From positions 60,514,001-60,578,000 of the forward strand of contig CM052817.1 in NCBI GenBank assembly GCA_028534125.1: a stretch of DNA of 64,000 nt, given 5' to 3'. This stretch comes from Lama glama (Eukaryota). The notes below the pieces were generated by a model. The model worked only from the letters and a program-made list of their open reading frames with translations. It had not been told where the DNA came from and made no database searches. Position 1 is the stretch's first letter, and each line of letters begins with the position of its first letter. Positions 25,731 to 39,465 of this stretch are shown one piece after another. The position numbers were made by a program, and so were the translations under genes.

Positions 25731-28700
25731 TAATGAACCCCATGAACCATCTTCTTTTCTCATTACCCTGGAAGGCACTGGCTACGTACTCTCCTATACA
25801 AAATTTTCAAAGTAATTAACTTGGTAACTTAATTTCCTATTAACACAATCCTTTCTTTAGGTTTAGGCTATGACTCCAAAAGGTCCTTAAAGTAACACAT
25901 TTTGGTAACTGCAATGAAATAACGTGTTGACAGACTCACTAGTAACTATTTGCATATTGAGTTTATGAGATTATGTAATTCATATTTAAGATAGCAAGAA
26001 TTGGAGAGAATCAAACTAAGAACCTAGTTTTTGATGAGGAGACCTGTAAAGAAAGTTTGCTGCTAGAGTGTGGTAGGGCAAAGGAAGGAAGCTGGTTATT
26101 CTGGGGCACATCCAGAAGAAAGGGGAGAGGGCCGGGGTGAACTTTGGTTTTGGAAAGTGGTGCGTGTATGATGCAGGGAAAATAGCTCCAACAGGGGAAG
26201 GGAAAACAAAGAAAAAGCTGTTTTCTTCTTCAGTTTTAACTAGGCCAGCCTAGCTTGTTGCATTTCAACAAGTCTTTGGGAAAAGCCTTTGGTTTTCATC
26301 AATTTATTAGGAAGTTGGGAAATATATATATATATATATAAATATTCACTAAAGGAAGAAAATTCACAAAAATAAGAGGTGCATTGACCCTGCCCCTTTC
26401 TGTAAAAGAAGAAATAATTAAGAAAAATGGAGGGTTTGGTAAGCATCAAGAATAGTACTCTGATGGAAAAAGTACTGAAAGGCATGGTTCACATTCGTCA
26501 AAAGGCCAAATACAGGTCTTTCCTCCCCCTAGTGATTTATCAAGGTGCTTTGAGTCATATTTGATCCTTTACTCTAGGAAGCCAGCTTCTCTGGCCATCT
26601 GAATGACCTAGGAAAAGAGCAACAATGACTGTTAAACACATGCATGTTTTTATACCATTTCTATGCTGATAACACATAGCGCCATTCCAAGCATTAAATG
26701 TCTTCCTTAAAAATACCTTTGAGTACACATAATGTCTTACATAGATTCCAAATCAGTTTGTATTTTCCTCTTAAAATATCAGAAGTCCTGGCCTAGTTCT
26801 TCATATTAACCTACATATTCCTTTATATTAAGAAAATAGATCATAACTAAGAAGGGATTTAGGTAGTGAGAAGTGTCAAGCTCATTACACTAATTTCATT
26901 TTTTTAAAAATAGATTAAGCATTGCAGGATCATTTTTAAGATTCTAATTGTTGATGTAATATTTTATAATTACTAAGGGAATGTGGGCTTTTGATATCAT
27001 AGGGGATTTTTTTTCTTTTAAATCAATGTGTCCATTAAGGAATGTATTATTGCGCACTGGATGGAATTAAATGAACCATTGTATGAACTTGGCATTTTCA
27101 GATCGGGTTACCTGAATGTAATTACCTGCAGACAGTTTCTAAATATGCTGTTCATAAGGGATTAGCTTTTATGTAGAGATTCTCTTCTATTCTCCTCAGG
27201 TTTTTTTCTTACAATGTGTTTAGTCATTTTGGCTTATTGTACCATCATGTTCTGCCACTGATAATGGTTAGAATTAATCCTGAACTACCAGAATTGATGA
27301 GACAGAACAAGTCGACAGCTGTTTAAAAAACAAACAGACAAGGGACAACTTACAGGAGAGACCGTTATGGTTTTGTGGCATATACAATTTGAATTGTCTG
27401 CCCCAATTCTAATAATACTGAAATCTGGAGAAATAGAATTTCGTTCAGAAGTTTATGCCCAAACTGCAATGCTGAATTTCATTTCCTATTGTCATTTTGA
27501 AATCATGTCAGTTGAAGAATATGAATTTCTACACATTTTGTATCAGATCCATTTTGTTTTCCTGTGAGTGAGCAGAATTGTGCTTTCTGCGAGTCATTTC
27601 TTCGTATAGGGAGTCCGCCCTCTGGGCGACATTTATTGTTAGTGTGACAATCACTTTCTTATTCTTTCCCCTCAAGTAGTGAGTAGAGGTTATATGTCTA
27701 TGTTTCACCCTGATGTCAAGTGCACAGTTTCCTCTAACTAAATAATAAATACTTAGACTACTGGGAGAATGAGCATCTAAAACTCTATTTTAAATTCTCA
27801 GCACCAATTTTATCTTTCTTTTTAAACATGAATTCTCTCTATCACTTCTCAAGCTGTTACTGCTTTCTTAGAGAAGTTGACAAAGAACATCTAATCTGAG
27901 TCTGGGAAACATCAAGTTTAACAGAAAAAATGTGATATATAATGTGCTTATTTTTACAGAACCTCATAAACTTCCTGATGACTCTAGTGAGCCAAGTAAA
28001 GAAATTGCATGACGTGGGGGGGAAGGTGGCAAGGGAATGAGTATGCCATGTCACCAACAGGAATCAGCTTTCAGAGAATTCAGCTAGTATCATGTTCTAA
28101 AATATCTGGTGATCTGGAAAAATAATAATAATAAAGGGTAGAACCTTGTAAAATGAATTATTGGAAGAACTATAGATAATTAAATATATGATCTATAGAT
28201 AATCAAATATATGCTGAATTAATATTAGATTATGTTGAAAATAGGCCAATCCCAAATAAGGAAACTTTTTACACTGCTATTAATATAGATGAAATTAATG
28301 TTATATATGTTACAGTTTCTAACTTGCAAGCAAAAATAAAAAGATTTTTGGCTATTTTAAGCAAAAAATAGTTTAAGTTTACTGAATGTATCCCGGGCTC
28401 ATTAATGGGCATCTCAAGAATTAAGCTTGAAGGCAGAAAGGAGCATAATGGCTCTTGAAGGCTTGGAAGCAGGGATGACAGGAATGATCTTGTAGAATCC
28501 TGCTTAACAGCTCTATTGATATATAATTCACATAGCACACAATTCACCCATTTACAGTGTACAGATAGAATGTTTTAACCATTCCTTCTGTCCTTATGTT
28601 TCTCACTTAAGAGTCTAAGTCCTAGAGAAGCAGCCAGTCAGCCAGGCTTATGCCACAGGTCTTCTCCCTACTGGTGTCAGAGCTGGTGAGGATGAGGTGT

Positions 28701-28802
28701 GGCTGGGATCATGGCGTGGGGGAATGAAATTTCCTGAGGCAGCCTCCTGGGTTCACTCTTCCAATAAGTAAGATGTAAAAGATAAGGCAGAAATTATTTG
28801 AA

Positions 28803-29010
28803 GCAGTGTGCTGATAGATGTTTGACACCTGACTGTATAGAAAGAAAAAAAAAAAAGTCCTAAACTTTAGCATTTACAGATTTCCATGGTATAAATATTC
28901 CAACTATAAGGAATAATTTGAAACAACCAATATTATAGCATGCAGAGTTGGGAAGAGATACTGACAATACACTCTTGTGAGCTGGGATGAGCTGGCTTCA
29001 GCATGCCACT
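28803..29010. mobile_element. MER63A-like hAT-Blackjack element
   Basis: gtgtgctgatagatgtttgacac ... agcatttacagatttccatggtataaat ... gagctggcttcagcatgccact. Confidence 0.75.
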
Positions 29011-29328
29011 AAACTTCCCCCAACCTTGAACCTTGGGGGCTTTCAGGGAAGGGGAATAAATTCTAGGCAGTAAACAAACAAACAAACATGTATTTAGGCA
29101 TTCAATGCAGATGTTATTGACCTTAAACAGAAGCACTCATATTTTTTAATAAATTAATAAGGGACTCAGTAGATAAAATTTGTATGTGGACATGTGAGAG
29201 ACTGCTACAGTATTTCATTTTAAAAAAGAAAAAAGAGACCACTCTTCCTTGTCAATGATTTCTTAATTTAGCTGGGGAGCTCAAATGGGCACCTTTGAAA
29301 TAGTGAAAGAGATTGTAAAACCTGCTGT

Positions 29329-29500
29329 GTTGGGGAGAATTCTGAGATGGCCCTCCTGGCATTCACCTGGGCTTTTATTCCCATTAATATCTTACATTAC
29401 ATGACAAAAGGGGTGCAATGACGGTTACTAATCAGATGACCTTAAGATAGGAAGATTATGCAGGTGGGGCTTGACCTATTCCATGAGCCTTTTATAAGCC
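29329..29500 (+). mobile_element. MLT1 (E-like) LTR 5' fragment
   Basis: gaattctgagatggccc ... ttacattacatgacaaaaggg ... ttactaatcagatgaccttaagataggaagattat. Confidence 0.7.
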
Positions 29501-29504
29501 CTTC

Positions 29505-29603
29505 AGAATAACTGAATCAGAAATTCTTGGGTATGTTACAACATATGTATTTTTTTTTTAATTCCATAGGTGATATTAGGTGCAGGCAAGGTTGAGGTCA
29601 CTT
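29505..29603. mobile_element. MER5-type hAT fragment
   Basis: actgaatcagaaattct ... atgtatttt ... ccataggtgatatt ... aaggttgaggtcact. Confidence 0.55.
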
Positions 29604-29955
29604 GTGAGGATTTTGTAATTCAAGAGAATCTATCAATGATCTAGAGCAGTAAGTTAGAATTCTTCCCTTCCTTCCTTTTCATCTTCCTCTCTCGCTTTCT
29701 CCCTCCCTCCCTTCCTTCCCTCTTTCCTTCCCTCCTTTTAGTGCAAAAGGAAAAGGTAAGTTAACTCCACCCAAACTGTAATATTGATCTTTTTTTTTTG
29801 TGGCAAGAAAATGAGACAAAATATTATAAAAGTCAAGCAATAAATTGGACTAAACATTATTTCCTGGGTATTGGAAATTTATGCTAGATTGGTTCATTGA
29901 TATTGTCCTTAATCTCATGCAAACTGTTTAGAAGTATATATCTTTAATATTTTAA

Positions 29956-30326
29956 TAGTGGCCCAGGTTAGCTTTCCCTGGAAGCAGATTCTGCTTCCAT
30001 GCAGGACATTTTTAGAGAGTTTTCCTTTCATCTCTACCTGGGAAGGAAAGGTGATTTTACAGGAGAAGGAGAGCTGTGAAACAGTCCCACTGTACACCCC
30101 ACCCTTTAGAGTTGTCCCATGTGTGGGGAGTGGGGGGGACCTTTATATCCCTGCTATGATCCATAATTGAATGTGGACTTCCCCGGAAAGCAGCAGTTTT
30201 CTTCAGCAGAGGGAATCCACCATGAAGGATGTCTGTTGAGGGCCTTCATCCCATAGAATTCCCAGCCACTGGGAGAATGAGAGCCATACTTTTTGAGAAA
30301 AGAGGTCAAGACTTCCCATCCACGCA
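29956..30326 (-). mobile_element. LTR16-family ERVL LTR
   Basis: ccctggaagcagattctg ... ctttagagttgtccc ... cctttatatccctgc ... tcttcagcagaggga ... cccagccactgggagaatgag. Confidence 0.7.
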
Positions 30327-30599
30327 GTGTTCAATGTGTTTGCTGTAAAAACAGAACAAATGTTAAAAATACGCTTGATTTTTCTATGTCATTCTAGATT
30401 CAGTCCTATTTATGATGATGATACTTTAAGTCCTTTCAACCTCACTTACTCTCTTCCTACCTCACACAATTGTCAGTTTTTTTTTGGAAACATTTTCTTT
30501 AACTTCTGGGATACTGCAGTCCCCAGATTTTCACTTCCTCCATTCCAAATTTCTTTCCTCTACTGGGCTTTTGAATGTGATGGATTCTTTCTATGCTTT

Positions 30600-31920
30600 T
30601 AGAAGTTAGTCTAGAAATTTCACATTTGTATGTCACATATTTCTTTAGTTAACATCTTACTCTCTTCCCAAATAATATAAGGGCCTTACACTATTTTAAT
30701 TCCAATTGTCCCATCATTTCTTGTAGGCTATTTGTATACAGTGGTTTAATTTTATGTTAATTTTTACTTAACAAATTAGACATTAATTTCATTGTTTTAT
30801 ATAATAAATATTTTATTTATATTTATCCATAAGTTAATGTTTTTAATTTTTAATCTTTCCTTCTACATTATTTGGATTATTTTCCTTATCCCTAAAGTAT
30901 ATCCTTTAGAAATTCCTTTGGTGAGGGTCTATTGTAATAACTCTCTGAGTTGTTGACATCTGAAATTGTATTTATTTTGTGTTTGTTCTTGAAAGATACC
31001 TGAACTTTGTATAGAATTTTTAATTTAATAATATTATTGTCTGTATACAGAAAATATTATTCCACTATTTTTAACTTTAATTGTTATTTTTTACGTCTTC
31101 TCTTTGTTTTTGATGTTCTGAAATTTTATTATGATATTTCTACATGTGAACTCTATTTCTTCTACTTGGGATTTATTAGGATTTCTGATTCTCAGGATTT
31201 GTGTCTTACATCAATTCTAGAAATTATCTTACTTCAAACTCACTTGACTTAGTGTTTCATTCTGTAAATCCAGTTTGTTCTATGTTAGACTACTCATTCT
31301 ATCCTACATGTCTCCTAACCTCTCATACTTTTCATCTCTTTTCTCTTCTTGTTGTTTTCTAGGTAATGTACCTAGTTTTACAGTATAGTTGATTAATTTT
31401 CTATTCTATGTATTGCTCTATATAAACTATATTTTCTAATTATTAATTTTAAATTTCAGAAATTCTGTGGGGTTTTTTGTTATTTCACATCTGCCTGATA
31501 AATTTTGATAGTATTCTTTAGTCATACTTCAATTTCCTCATTTCTTTCTTTAAAAATATTAACTATGCTCATTTATGTGGTCAGTTCTTGCTGAGACCAG
31601 TATTAGCATTCGATAATGTAACCTTTTGTTTACTTTTGCTTTTGCTGGCTCTCACTCATAATCATTTATTTCCTTGTTTAGAGATTTTTATTGTGTGCTC
31701 TTTGAACATTTTGGTAGATTCATTTGAGGCCTGAAGGTAAGTGAATTCCTAGAGAGAGAAATTTTGTTTGCTTCTGTTAGTCACATGAAGGGCCCACTAT
31801 CAACAGGGAAGCCTTTAAACAGTTTTGGTTTGGATTTTTTGACATGCAGAAATATTGTGAAGTCCAGCTCCAGACAGAGGGAATGAAGATTTATAGATAG
31901 GAGTTTCTAAGGGAGATTTT
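30600..31920 (-). mobile_element. Ancient L1M (L1ME-like) fragment
   Basis: T-rich antisense L1M phrases (cctaaagtatatcctttagaaattcctttggtgagggtct, tcttgaaagata, gttagactactcattctatcctacatgtctc). Confidence 0.65.
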
Positions 31921-31924
31921 TAAC

Positions 31925-32400
31925 AGCCAGGATTTAGTGGCAGAAACAAGACATACGCTGTGTGTTTCAAGCAGAAAAGAATATACTAAATGGAATTAAA
32001 TGCTTTAAAAAAAATCCTGGAAAAGCCAGAGAAGTCAAAATCAAGGGACATGCCTCGACTTTAGATTTTTAAGTTATAGCATCGTAATAATATATAACAT
32101 AACATAGAGGCCCTGGACATTGTTGTTACTGCCACCACCGCTGTGCTGCCGCACTGCTTTATTCCCAAGAAGCTTGTTCCTAGACATTTAAACATGGGCT
32201 TCAGCTGCTTCAAATACTGTGTCTCCTGGAATTTGTGTGATAGCTGTGTCTGCCGCCGGTAGAGGCCCCAGCTTCATTTCTGCCTTTCAGACTTTGTACG
32301 GATTAACACTTTGATGATGGTTGCAAGGGGATCGAAAAACGAAGATTTTGCATTTTCCAATCTTTCTGATAGAAAGAGATATACTGAAAGTTGCAAGAGC
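31925..32400. mobile_element. Old LTR (LTR78/79-like) within L1M
   Basis: gtgtttcaagcagaaaagaatatactaaatggaattaaatgcttta...ctggaaaagccagagaag resembles LTR78/79. Confidence 0.4.
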
Positions 32401-32839
32401 CAGTCCAATTATTTATCACTTTTTTGGTTTGTTTTTCTTTCTGTGTGAGTTAAGGCAGAGCCAGGCATGTGTCCCCACTATGACCTTCTTTAGAATGAGA
32501 TGTGGCTTTTGTATTTCACCTGCCATTGGTATTGCACTTCATGCCTCTTTCATGCTTTTGATCTATGTCCTTTCCTGAGCACTTAAATCTGTAAGGTTGA
32601 CACTGCTTTAGCATTCATTTATCCTTGTGGATTTGACCTTTTTTTTAATCAAATATAGATTTCTTGAAATTCCTTTATGTTTCTGCAAGCTCAACTATGT
32701 ATTGAAAAGATTTTAAAATAGTTTGATAGTTGTACTTACAATAGATGGAAGGAGTTTCTGTAACATCTGCTTGCTAAATATAGAAATATGACCTAGGTGG
32801 GTTTTTTTTTTTTGATCCTTTAAATTTTTTAATCCCTTT

Positions 32840-33950
32840 AATCCCTTCTTAGTCTCCTTTGCTGGTTCTACTCTCCTTCCCAGCCTCTATATGTTGGAGC
32901 CCCCTAGGAATCAGTCTTCAGGCCTCTTCTCTTCCATATTTATATTCTTTTTCTCTATGGTCTTATCCAGTACTATCTTTTAAATGTCACCTATATGCTG
33001 GTGACTTCCAAATTAATGTATTTAGATTAGATTTTTCCCTCTGGTTCCAGATTCATTTATCCAACTGCCTACATGATATTTCTCTCTGGAAGTCTAAAAG
33101 ACATCTCAAACATAGAAGATGCAAAACATAAATCTTGTTCTCCCAACTCACCCTCAAATCAGTTTTCCCCCTCACTTCACAATTCATCCAGTTACTCATG
33201 AAAAAAACAAGAAATTGTCTTGATCCTTCTCTTTCCATGATTCCCAATTTCCAATGCATGAGCAAGTCCTGTCAGTTCTGTCCTAAGTATAACCACTTTT
33301 CAAGACTCCCCTGCTATTATATCAAGTGTAAACCACCATCATCTCTTACCTGTGCTTCAATAATAAGTAAATAAAAATCTAAGTAGGTGACTGAAGAATG
33401 CTAAATAGTTTTTCTTTTACGCTGTCTCTTTAAATCACATTAATTCTAGGCTAAAACTTCCAATGTCTTTTCCTGTTATTTAGAATGAAATTCAGACTCC
33501 TTATATGACATGACCCCTGTTTATTTCTGTGAATTTGCTCTGTGCTATATCCTGTAACTTTCCAGTCTGCACATTCCATTCTAGCTGCACTGACTTTCTT
33601 TCTGTTGATAAAAAAGAAAGCCTTTTTCATCTGAAACACTCTTTACTCAGTCCTTTGGTTTTCCCACCCAGTACTTCATACTAGTCTTAAGTAAATGCCA
33701 TCTCTTAGATGTCTTCTTTACGATACCATCTAAAATAACCACCCTTCCACAATTCTCTAATATCTTATACCTATGATTTCTTTTTGGCACTTTTCACAGC
33801 CTAAAGCTATTACACATTTGTTTACTTTTCCATTGCCTACATCTTCATACTTATTTCAGCTAGTAGGAGTGCAAGGTCTTTGTCTCATTTTGTTCACCAT
33901 TATAGGCTAAGAGTAAATGATGCACATATACATGTTGAATGAACGGATGG
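32840..33950 (+). mobile_element. L2 LINE (~1.1 kb 3' portion)
   Basis: ttttaaatgtcacctatatgctggtgacttccaaatt, atccaactgcctacatgatatttc, agcaagtcctgtcagttctg, terminal tgttgaatgaa. Confidence 0.85.
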
Positions 33951-35919
33951 GAAGTCAGACAGAGTCTACTCAAGTAAGCGGCTCAGAACCAGTGGGTTAT
34001 GAGGGAATAATGATATGGCAGGAGGAGCACTTGGGTTAGATTTGCAGATTGGAAGATATGGATTCATGAATCATTCACTGGGCCAGATGAAATCATCCAG
34101 GGATAGTGTGGCTAGGATAGAACCCTGGAGAAGATCAACATTTACTTTACTATACATTCCCTAAAGATAGGACCATTTCTTTTCTTTGCTGTAGTCTGAG
34201 TATCTAGTGTCATTTCTCCCATAGATGTTTAATCAATTTAACAGATCTAATGAGTGAAGGAATTAATTAAAAATTTGGGGAAAATTCCATAAAAGGGAAT
34301 ATGAAGCAGTAGTTAGAGGTTTAGGAGGAGAAGCAAGGAATTATGAGTTGATTGAAGCCAGAAGCAACAAAAGTTTCAAGTAGTCAGGAGTCTTAACAAC
34401 TACAGAAGAGTCAAATAAGGTAAGGTCTCAGAATAATTCATTGGATTCATCAAGAAAAGTGGTAATAGGTGACACTGACATAAATAACAACTAGAGAAAA
34501 TGTATTTATATATTTAATATATTGCATATATATCAGTAAACAACCTTAGTATACAACATGAAAATGTTCCCTTGATTGCATGCTGGCATTACCTAGTTTT
34601 GAAGGATGTCTCTTTGTTTCGGATATGCTTTTGATAATGACATGTCTAAGATTCTTTTTTTGGATTCATGCTCTGAGTCATGTTATGAATACATGGATGT
34701 CAAGCTATCATAAAAGAAAACTAATAGCAATTTATCAAGATCCTAATTAAACATTTGGAAGGCAGTATTAAATAGCCATTTGGAAATTAATGAGATGACT
34801 CTATTACCTACTGAATGTCAAAGAATGGAAAATTTGTGAATAACTCCCCGAGTGTCTCTGCAACAGTCACAGTACAAATGAAGAATTTTAAGAGAGTTAA
34901 AGCATCTCAGGAGGCCACATAGGTACAACTGTTATATATTTACTCAAGGACACAGAACTTAACAGAAATTGGGTCACTACTTAGAGCTGACTCTGATGCA
35001 GTAATATTGGCGAGATTTTCTCTGGGTACCTAGGTCCCCTACAGAACACAACTGCTGCTGTCTTCACAAGGGTAGATGCTGCTAGGGATTAGAAAAGAGC
35101 CAAACACTGGCTACATCACTATGCCTTTAGACCCAGGCTTTCCACGCCATTCTAAAAAATGTATACTAGCAGCTCTCCTGATTCTGTTTAAGAGAATGTT
35201 TACAAACCCCATTTCTCCTAGTTCTGAAATCAAACTCCGCAGAGAGAAGACCCATAACACTCCAGATATGAGAACGTCAGAGATTCCACGTCTGCCTCAG
35301 ACCTGTCCATCCTTTCACCTGGATGATTACCAAGAGAGATGCCTTGGTATTTTAGATTACAGAAAGCATTTCTCCATGGATTATAGCTTTAGTTGATTCA
35401 TACACATATTAAAAAAATATTTTTTGTTTCTTCACTGACATATTCTATTCTGTTTTACTATTTGAAAATATATTCATTATGAAAAAATAATGACAACTTA
35501 TTATAAAAATCAAGAAAAGTGAAAATTTATAAAATACAAACAAAAAATCCTATCTCGGCCTGCCCCACTCTTCAGCATCACTGTCCCTGGAATGCCATGG
35601 TTAATGCGCTGGGCTTTGTCTTTCATAAGTCTGTTTATACACGTCTGTGTACAACCAATCACATGCACACCTCTGCGAAGGCCATTCACTCTATATAGGC
35701 CTCTCTCTTAGAAGTCTGTTTCATATCTTCTCTTCTCAAATCTCCAAGATTTCTTCCTCTACCCTGAGTCATTGGCTGGTACATGCCTGTGCGATATGTG
35801 GCCCTAACACATGTGGTGACAGATTTCAGAGCAAGCTGCTGGACCATTGGTCAGCTTTGCTCCCTGAAGTCAGATATATGAGAAGCACATTCTTATAGCT
35901 GCCTCCCAGCTTTTCTGTC

Positions 35920-36610
35920 TTTCAGTACAACTAGCCAGAAAAATCCGTTTAAAAAGTATGTCAAATCATGTATCTTCTCCTCTCAAAACTCTCCAGAATC
36001 TTCGCATTTCATCAAGAGTAAAAGCTTACTACACACAACAGCCTCAGTGCCCTTTGGGACCCACTCCCCCCCCCCCGTTTCCCCTCCTTACCTCTCCAAT
36101 GTTACATCCTACTTTCCTGCCTTAGCCGCTTCATCCCAGAGACCACAGAGACACTGCATTCGTTTAATGTACCGGGCAGACGTCTGGCGTCCTGTTTCAC
36201 TGAGAAAATTGATGCAATCACAAAAGAATTGTCGTAGCTATTCCCTCTCCTTGGAAAGCTCTTCCAGATATACCGGTGGCCCATTTCTTGACCTGTTTCA
36301 GGCATTTGGTCAGCTGTGACATTCTTGGTGAGGTCTACCTGGGACACCCTATTTAAAATAGCAGTTTTAACTGTGACACTCCTGATCCCCTAACCTAGTT
36401 CTGTTCTGTTTGTTTTTGTTTGTTTTAGCAGCATTGATCATATGGAAGATTGTATATCTTGTACTTATTTATTATGCATATTGTCTGTTTTTTCCACCAG
36501 AATGTAAGGTCTGCATGTATAGGACATCAGTCAGCACAGCCCTGGAGCCCAGAAGAGTTTCTAGGGATAGCAGCTAGTCAGTGAACATTTGAAGAATAGG
36601 TAGATGGATA
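35920..36610 (+). mobile_element. L2 3' region
   Basis: gtcaaatcatgtatcttctcctctcaaaactctcca ... accctatttaaaatagca ... ccaccagaatgtaag ... cccagaagagtttct. Confidence 0.75.
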
Positions 36611-36629
36611 CGTGAATATACACGTGTAT

Positions 36630-36830
36630 TTAGGAGTTAAGTAGAGTCAGACTGGTAGGCTCCATCAATTACTTGCTCTAAGTAGGGATAACAGTTATAC
36701 CTACAATCATAAGGAGTACTTAAAACCTACTTCACAAGGTCGTTAAGAGAATTCAGTTAGCAATCAGGTAATAATTACCAAGAGCACAGCACAGTGCCTA
36801 AATATATTAAGTGCTTAATTAACATTACAT
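36630..36830 (+). mobile_element. MIR SINE
   Basis: tagagtcagactg ... acctacttcacaaggtcgttaagagaatt ... cagcacagtgcctaaatatattaagtgctta. Confidence 0.6.
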
Positions 36831-37106
36831 ACTACTTTATTCTTTATTATATATAGTTTTTAAAGTAAAAATGGAATCATTCTATATAGAGTCATTTTGT
36901 ACTCAGTGAAATACCATCTTTTATTTCCAAATAGCACTTACAGACCTCATCCATTCATTCAGTAAACGTCTTGAAGTGCTTACTCTGTGCCTTTATAGCA
37001 TTTACATTCTACTTACTCTTTCTATGACTGCATAGTATCCTATAGAGTTTACATTAATTATTTAGTCGTTCTCCTAATAATACATATTTGAATGGTCTGT
37101 AGTTTT

Positions 37107-37110
<4 letters not shown>

Positions 37111-37149
<39 letters not shown>

Positions 37150-37163
37150 TCACACACACACAC
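37111..37163. repeat. Compound (TA)n(CA)n microsatellite
   Basis: About 19 TA units followed by a CA run. Confidence 0.95.
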
Positions 37164-37469
37164 TTTCCTTGCAGAATAATCTAACGCAAATTGAAATTGG
37201 AAGTAGTAATAATATTGTCTGTTTTTCCAAATACTTTAAGTCAATCATGACATTTAAAGCCATAGTTTGCAGTATTTTCCAAAGGTAATATTTATCTGTC
37301 CAGCTGATTTTCTATATGATATCTATTTTTAAAATTAGTAGTGTATATATTCAGTAGATAGGAGTTATTTTGTAACCCCACTTTAATGAAAGTAACTAAA
37401 GAAGTAGGATTTGAGAGGAATCAGCTGTCTTGCTTCTGAACCCAGAGACAAAATTTGTTTTAGGTAATG

Positions 37470-37702
37470 AAAGGCAATAAATCTCGCTCAAAGACAAAAC
37501 AATTTAATAGCCAGAGAGAGTCCTGGAAATATTTGAGTTCCTATTTCCAATTGCTTTTAAGTCCTAGCTGCATCCTGGCAAACTTGTGCACAAGTTGTTT
37601 AAGCCCTTTCTTACATTCTCTCAGTCAATAAATTGCTTTTCTTTATCCTAAGGAATTTCAAGTTTGCTTTCAGTAACTTACAGTCAAAGGAGTCTAGTAT
37701 AT
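37470..37702 (+). mobile_element. MLT1J-like LTR 3' part
   Basis: gagagagtcctgga...tttgagttcct ... gtcaataaattgcttttc ... taacttacagtcaaaggagtct. Confidence 0.5.
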
Positions 37703-37745
37703 ATCATATGTTTTGCTATAATTCAGGATATTAAAATTAAGGCAG

Positions 37746-37850
37746 GGTGGGGAGTATAGCTCAGTGGTGAGTGCATGCTTAGGATGCACGAGGTGCTGGG
37801 TTCAATCCCCAGTACCTCCATTAACAACAACAAAAAAAATAAAGGAAAGG
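37746..37850 (+). mobile_element. Camelid tRNA-derived SINE (short form)
   Basis: GGGGAGTATAGCTCAGTGGTGAGTGCATGCTTAGGATGCACGAGGTGCTGGGTTCAATCCCCAGTACCTCCA plus A-rich tail; 12-bp TSD AAATTAAGGCAG (37734-37745) / AAATTTAGGCAG (37851-37862), one mismatch. Confidence 0.92.
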
Positions 37851-38512
37851 AAATTTAGGCAGAAATAGAGATTTATATATATTCCTTATAGTATCTACAA
37901 GAGTATAATATCTACAAGTTCATGAGGAAATTCATTTTAATGTCATATTAATTGAAGACATTCCAATGAAATATCACAATGTTAGAAAACACATTAGGAG
38001 ACATACACTAGTGAAGAGGCACAGGACTGTACGTTCTGGAGTGTAGATTCTGTCCATACCATCTTTTGAAAACAGCTTCTTGGTCAAGCCGATTATAGCT
38101 TTCTTGTTTTCTTGGACCCAGGGTCTAGGACTGGAACTCCTCTAATGAGAAACCTTTGCTTCCTAAGGCCTTTTCTTCTCCACAGGGAATTAATCACACA
38201 CTCTTCAGAAGTCTTTGCCTCAAACAATCCCATTTGATGTGCTGCTATCACCACCAGTCAGAATTAAATGTAATAGAAATGGCTGCAACAAAACTGTTGT
38301 TGATAAAAGATGCTTTGTTCCTGAAGATTAGACAATTCAGTCACCAGTATTTGATGATAACAATGATGATCTGTTTGCTGTTAGCATCTGGGTGCTCTAA
38401 GCATTTCAGTTTCTGACACAAATTTCAGGTAGGACTCTCATCCATCTTTTTTTCTAGGGAATGAACAACTTTCTGGGAAGTCTTCTGAAATTTTCTCTAA
38501 CTTATTCTAGAG

Positions 38513-38660
38513 TAGTGCTTTTTAAACTTTAATGTGCAGATGAACTGCTCCAGGATCTTGTAAAATGCACATTCTGATTTAGAAGGTGTAGAATGGAGTT
38601 TGAAATTCTGCCAAGTGATGCTGCTGCTGCTGGTTTACAGACTACACTTTGATTAGAAAG
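38513..38660. mobile_element. MER5A1-like hAT MITE
   Basis: agtgctttttaaactttaatgtgca ... ggatcttgtaaaatgcacattctgatt ... gctgctggtttacagactacactttga. Confidence 0.8.
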
Positions 38661-39465
38661 TTCTAGAGAATTTCTTATTTAGTGGTCCTGTACGACACTC
38701 TAACGTAATGTCAAAGTGGCACAGACCTTTTACTGTAGCTCTCTCCTACAGAACAGTAGCTCCCTGCCACATACTTAAAATATATATATGATATATATAT
38801 AAAATATAAAAAAATTTTATATATATATATATGTACATATATATATAACATACAATGTCAAATTCAGAATCTTTTTTCTAATCCTCCTCTTCTGGGAATT
38901 GAAGCATAAATTGATTAATCCCTATGATATGGGCATGCTTCTCATACCACTAATGGTGTCCTCTGTGAAGACTGTACATCAGATACCCAATAGGATGAGA
39001 AAAGAAAACCAATTTTTTATGTGTGGCTGTAAGTGCATAGAAAAGTATATTTCCATTATGCATTATCTTTTGAATTTATCTTACATGAACCTTGAAAATA
39101 GGAAATACTTGTAAAGAAACATTTCTAATTAACGTTATTGAACTTTTACATTTGACTTCTCCCAATCTGAAAATTTTACATATAGGCCAATACAATGTCA
39201 TCTTCTTTTCAATTTTCTACAGACAGTTAAGTCTTATACAAATAGGACCTCACTAATCTAGTGATTGTAATAATAATGGCACCATCTCTTGTAGGGCAAA
39301 ATGTATCTTTTTCTGTTTGGAAGTGCCATGCTCAGACAGCATTAACTGGAACTTTAGATGCAGCCCTGCTGTTAGTCATAGACTCTGCCAAAAGTCTGTA
39401 CACATAAGGGGTAATCAGAGGACATGCTTTCCATTGATGTGGACATGTTAGCACATAATGTCTTT

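Noticed and set aside
28170..28213. 23-bp period tandem duplication (ctatagataat[t/c]aaatatatg twice)
   Set aside because: Ordinary AT-rich slippage duplication with two copies; not an array or CRISPR-like.
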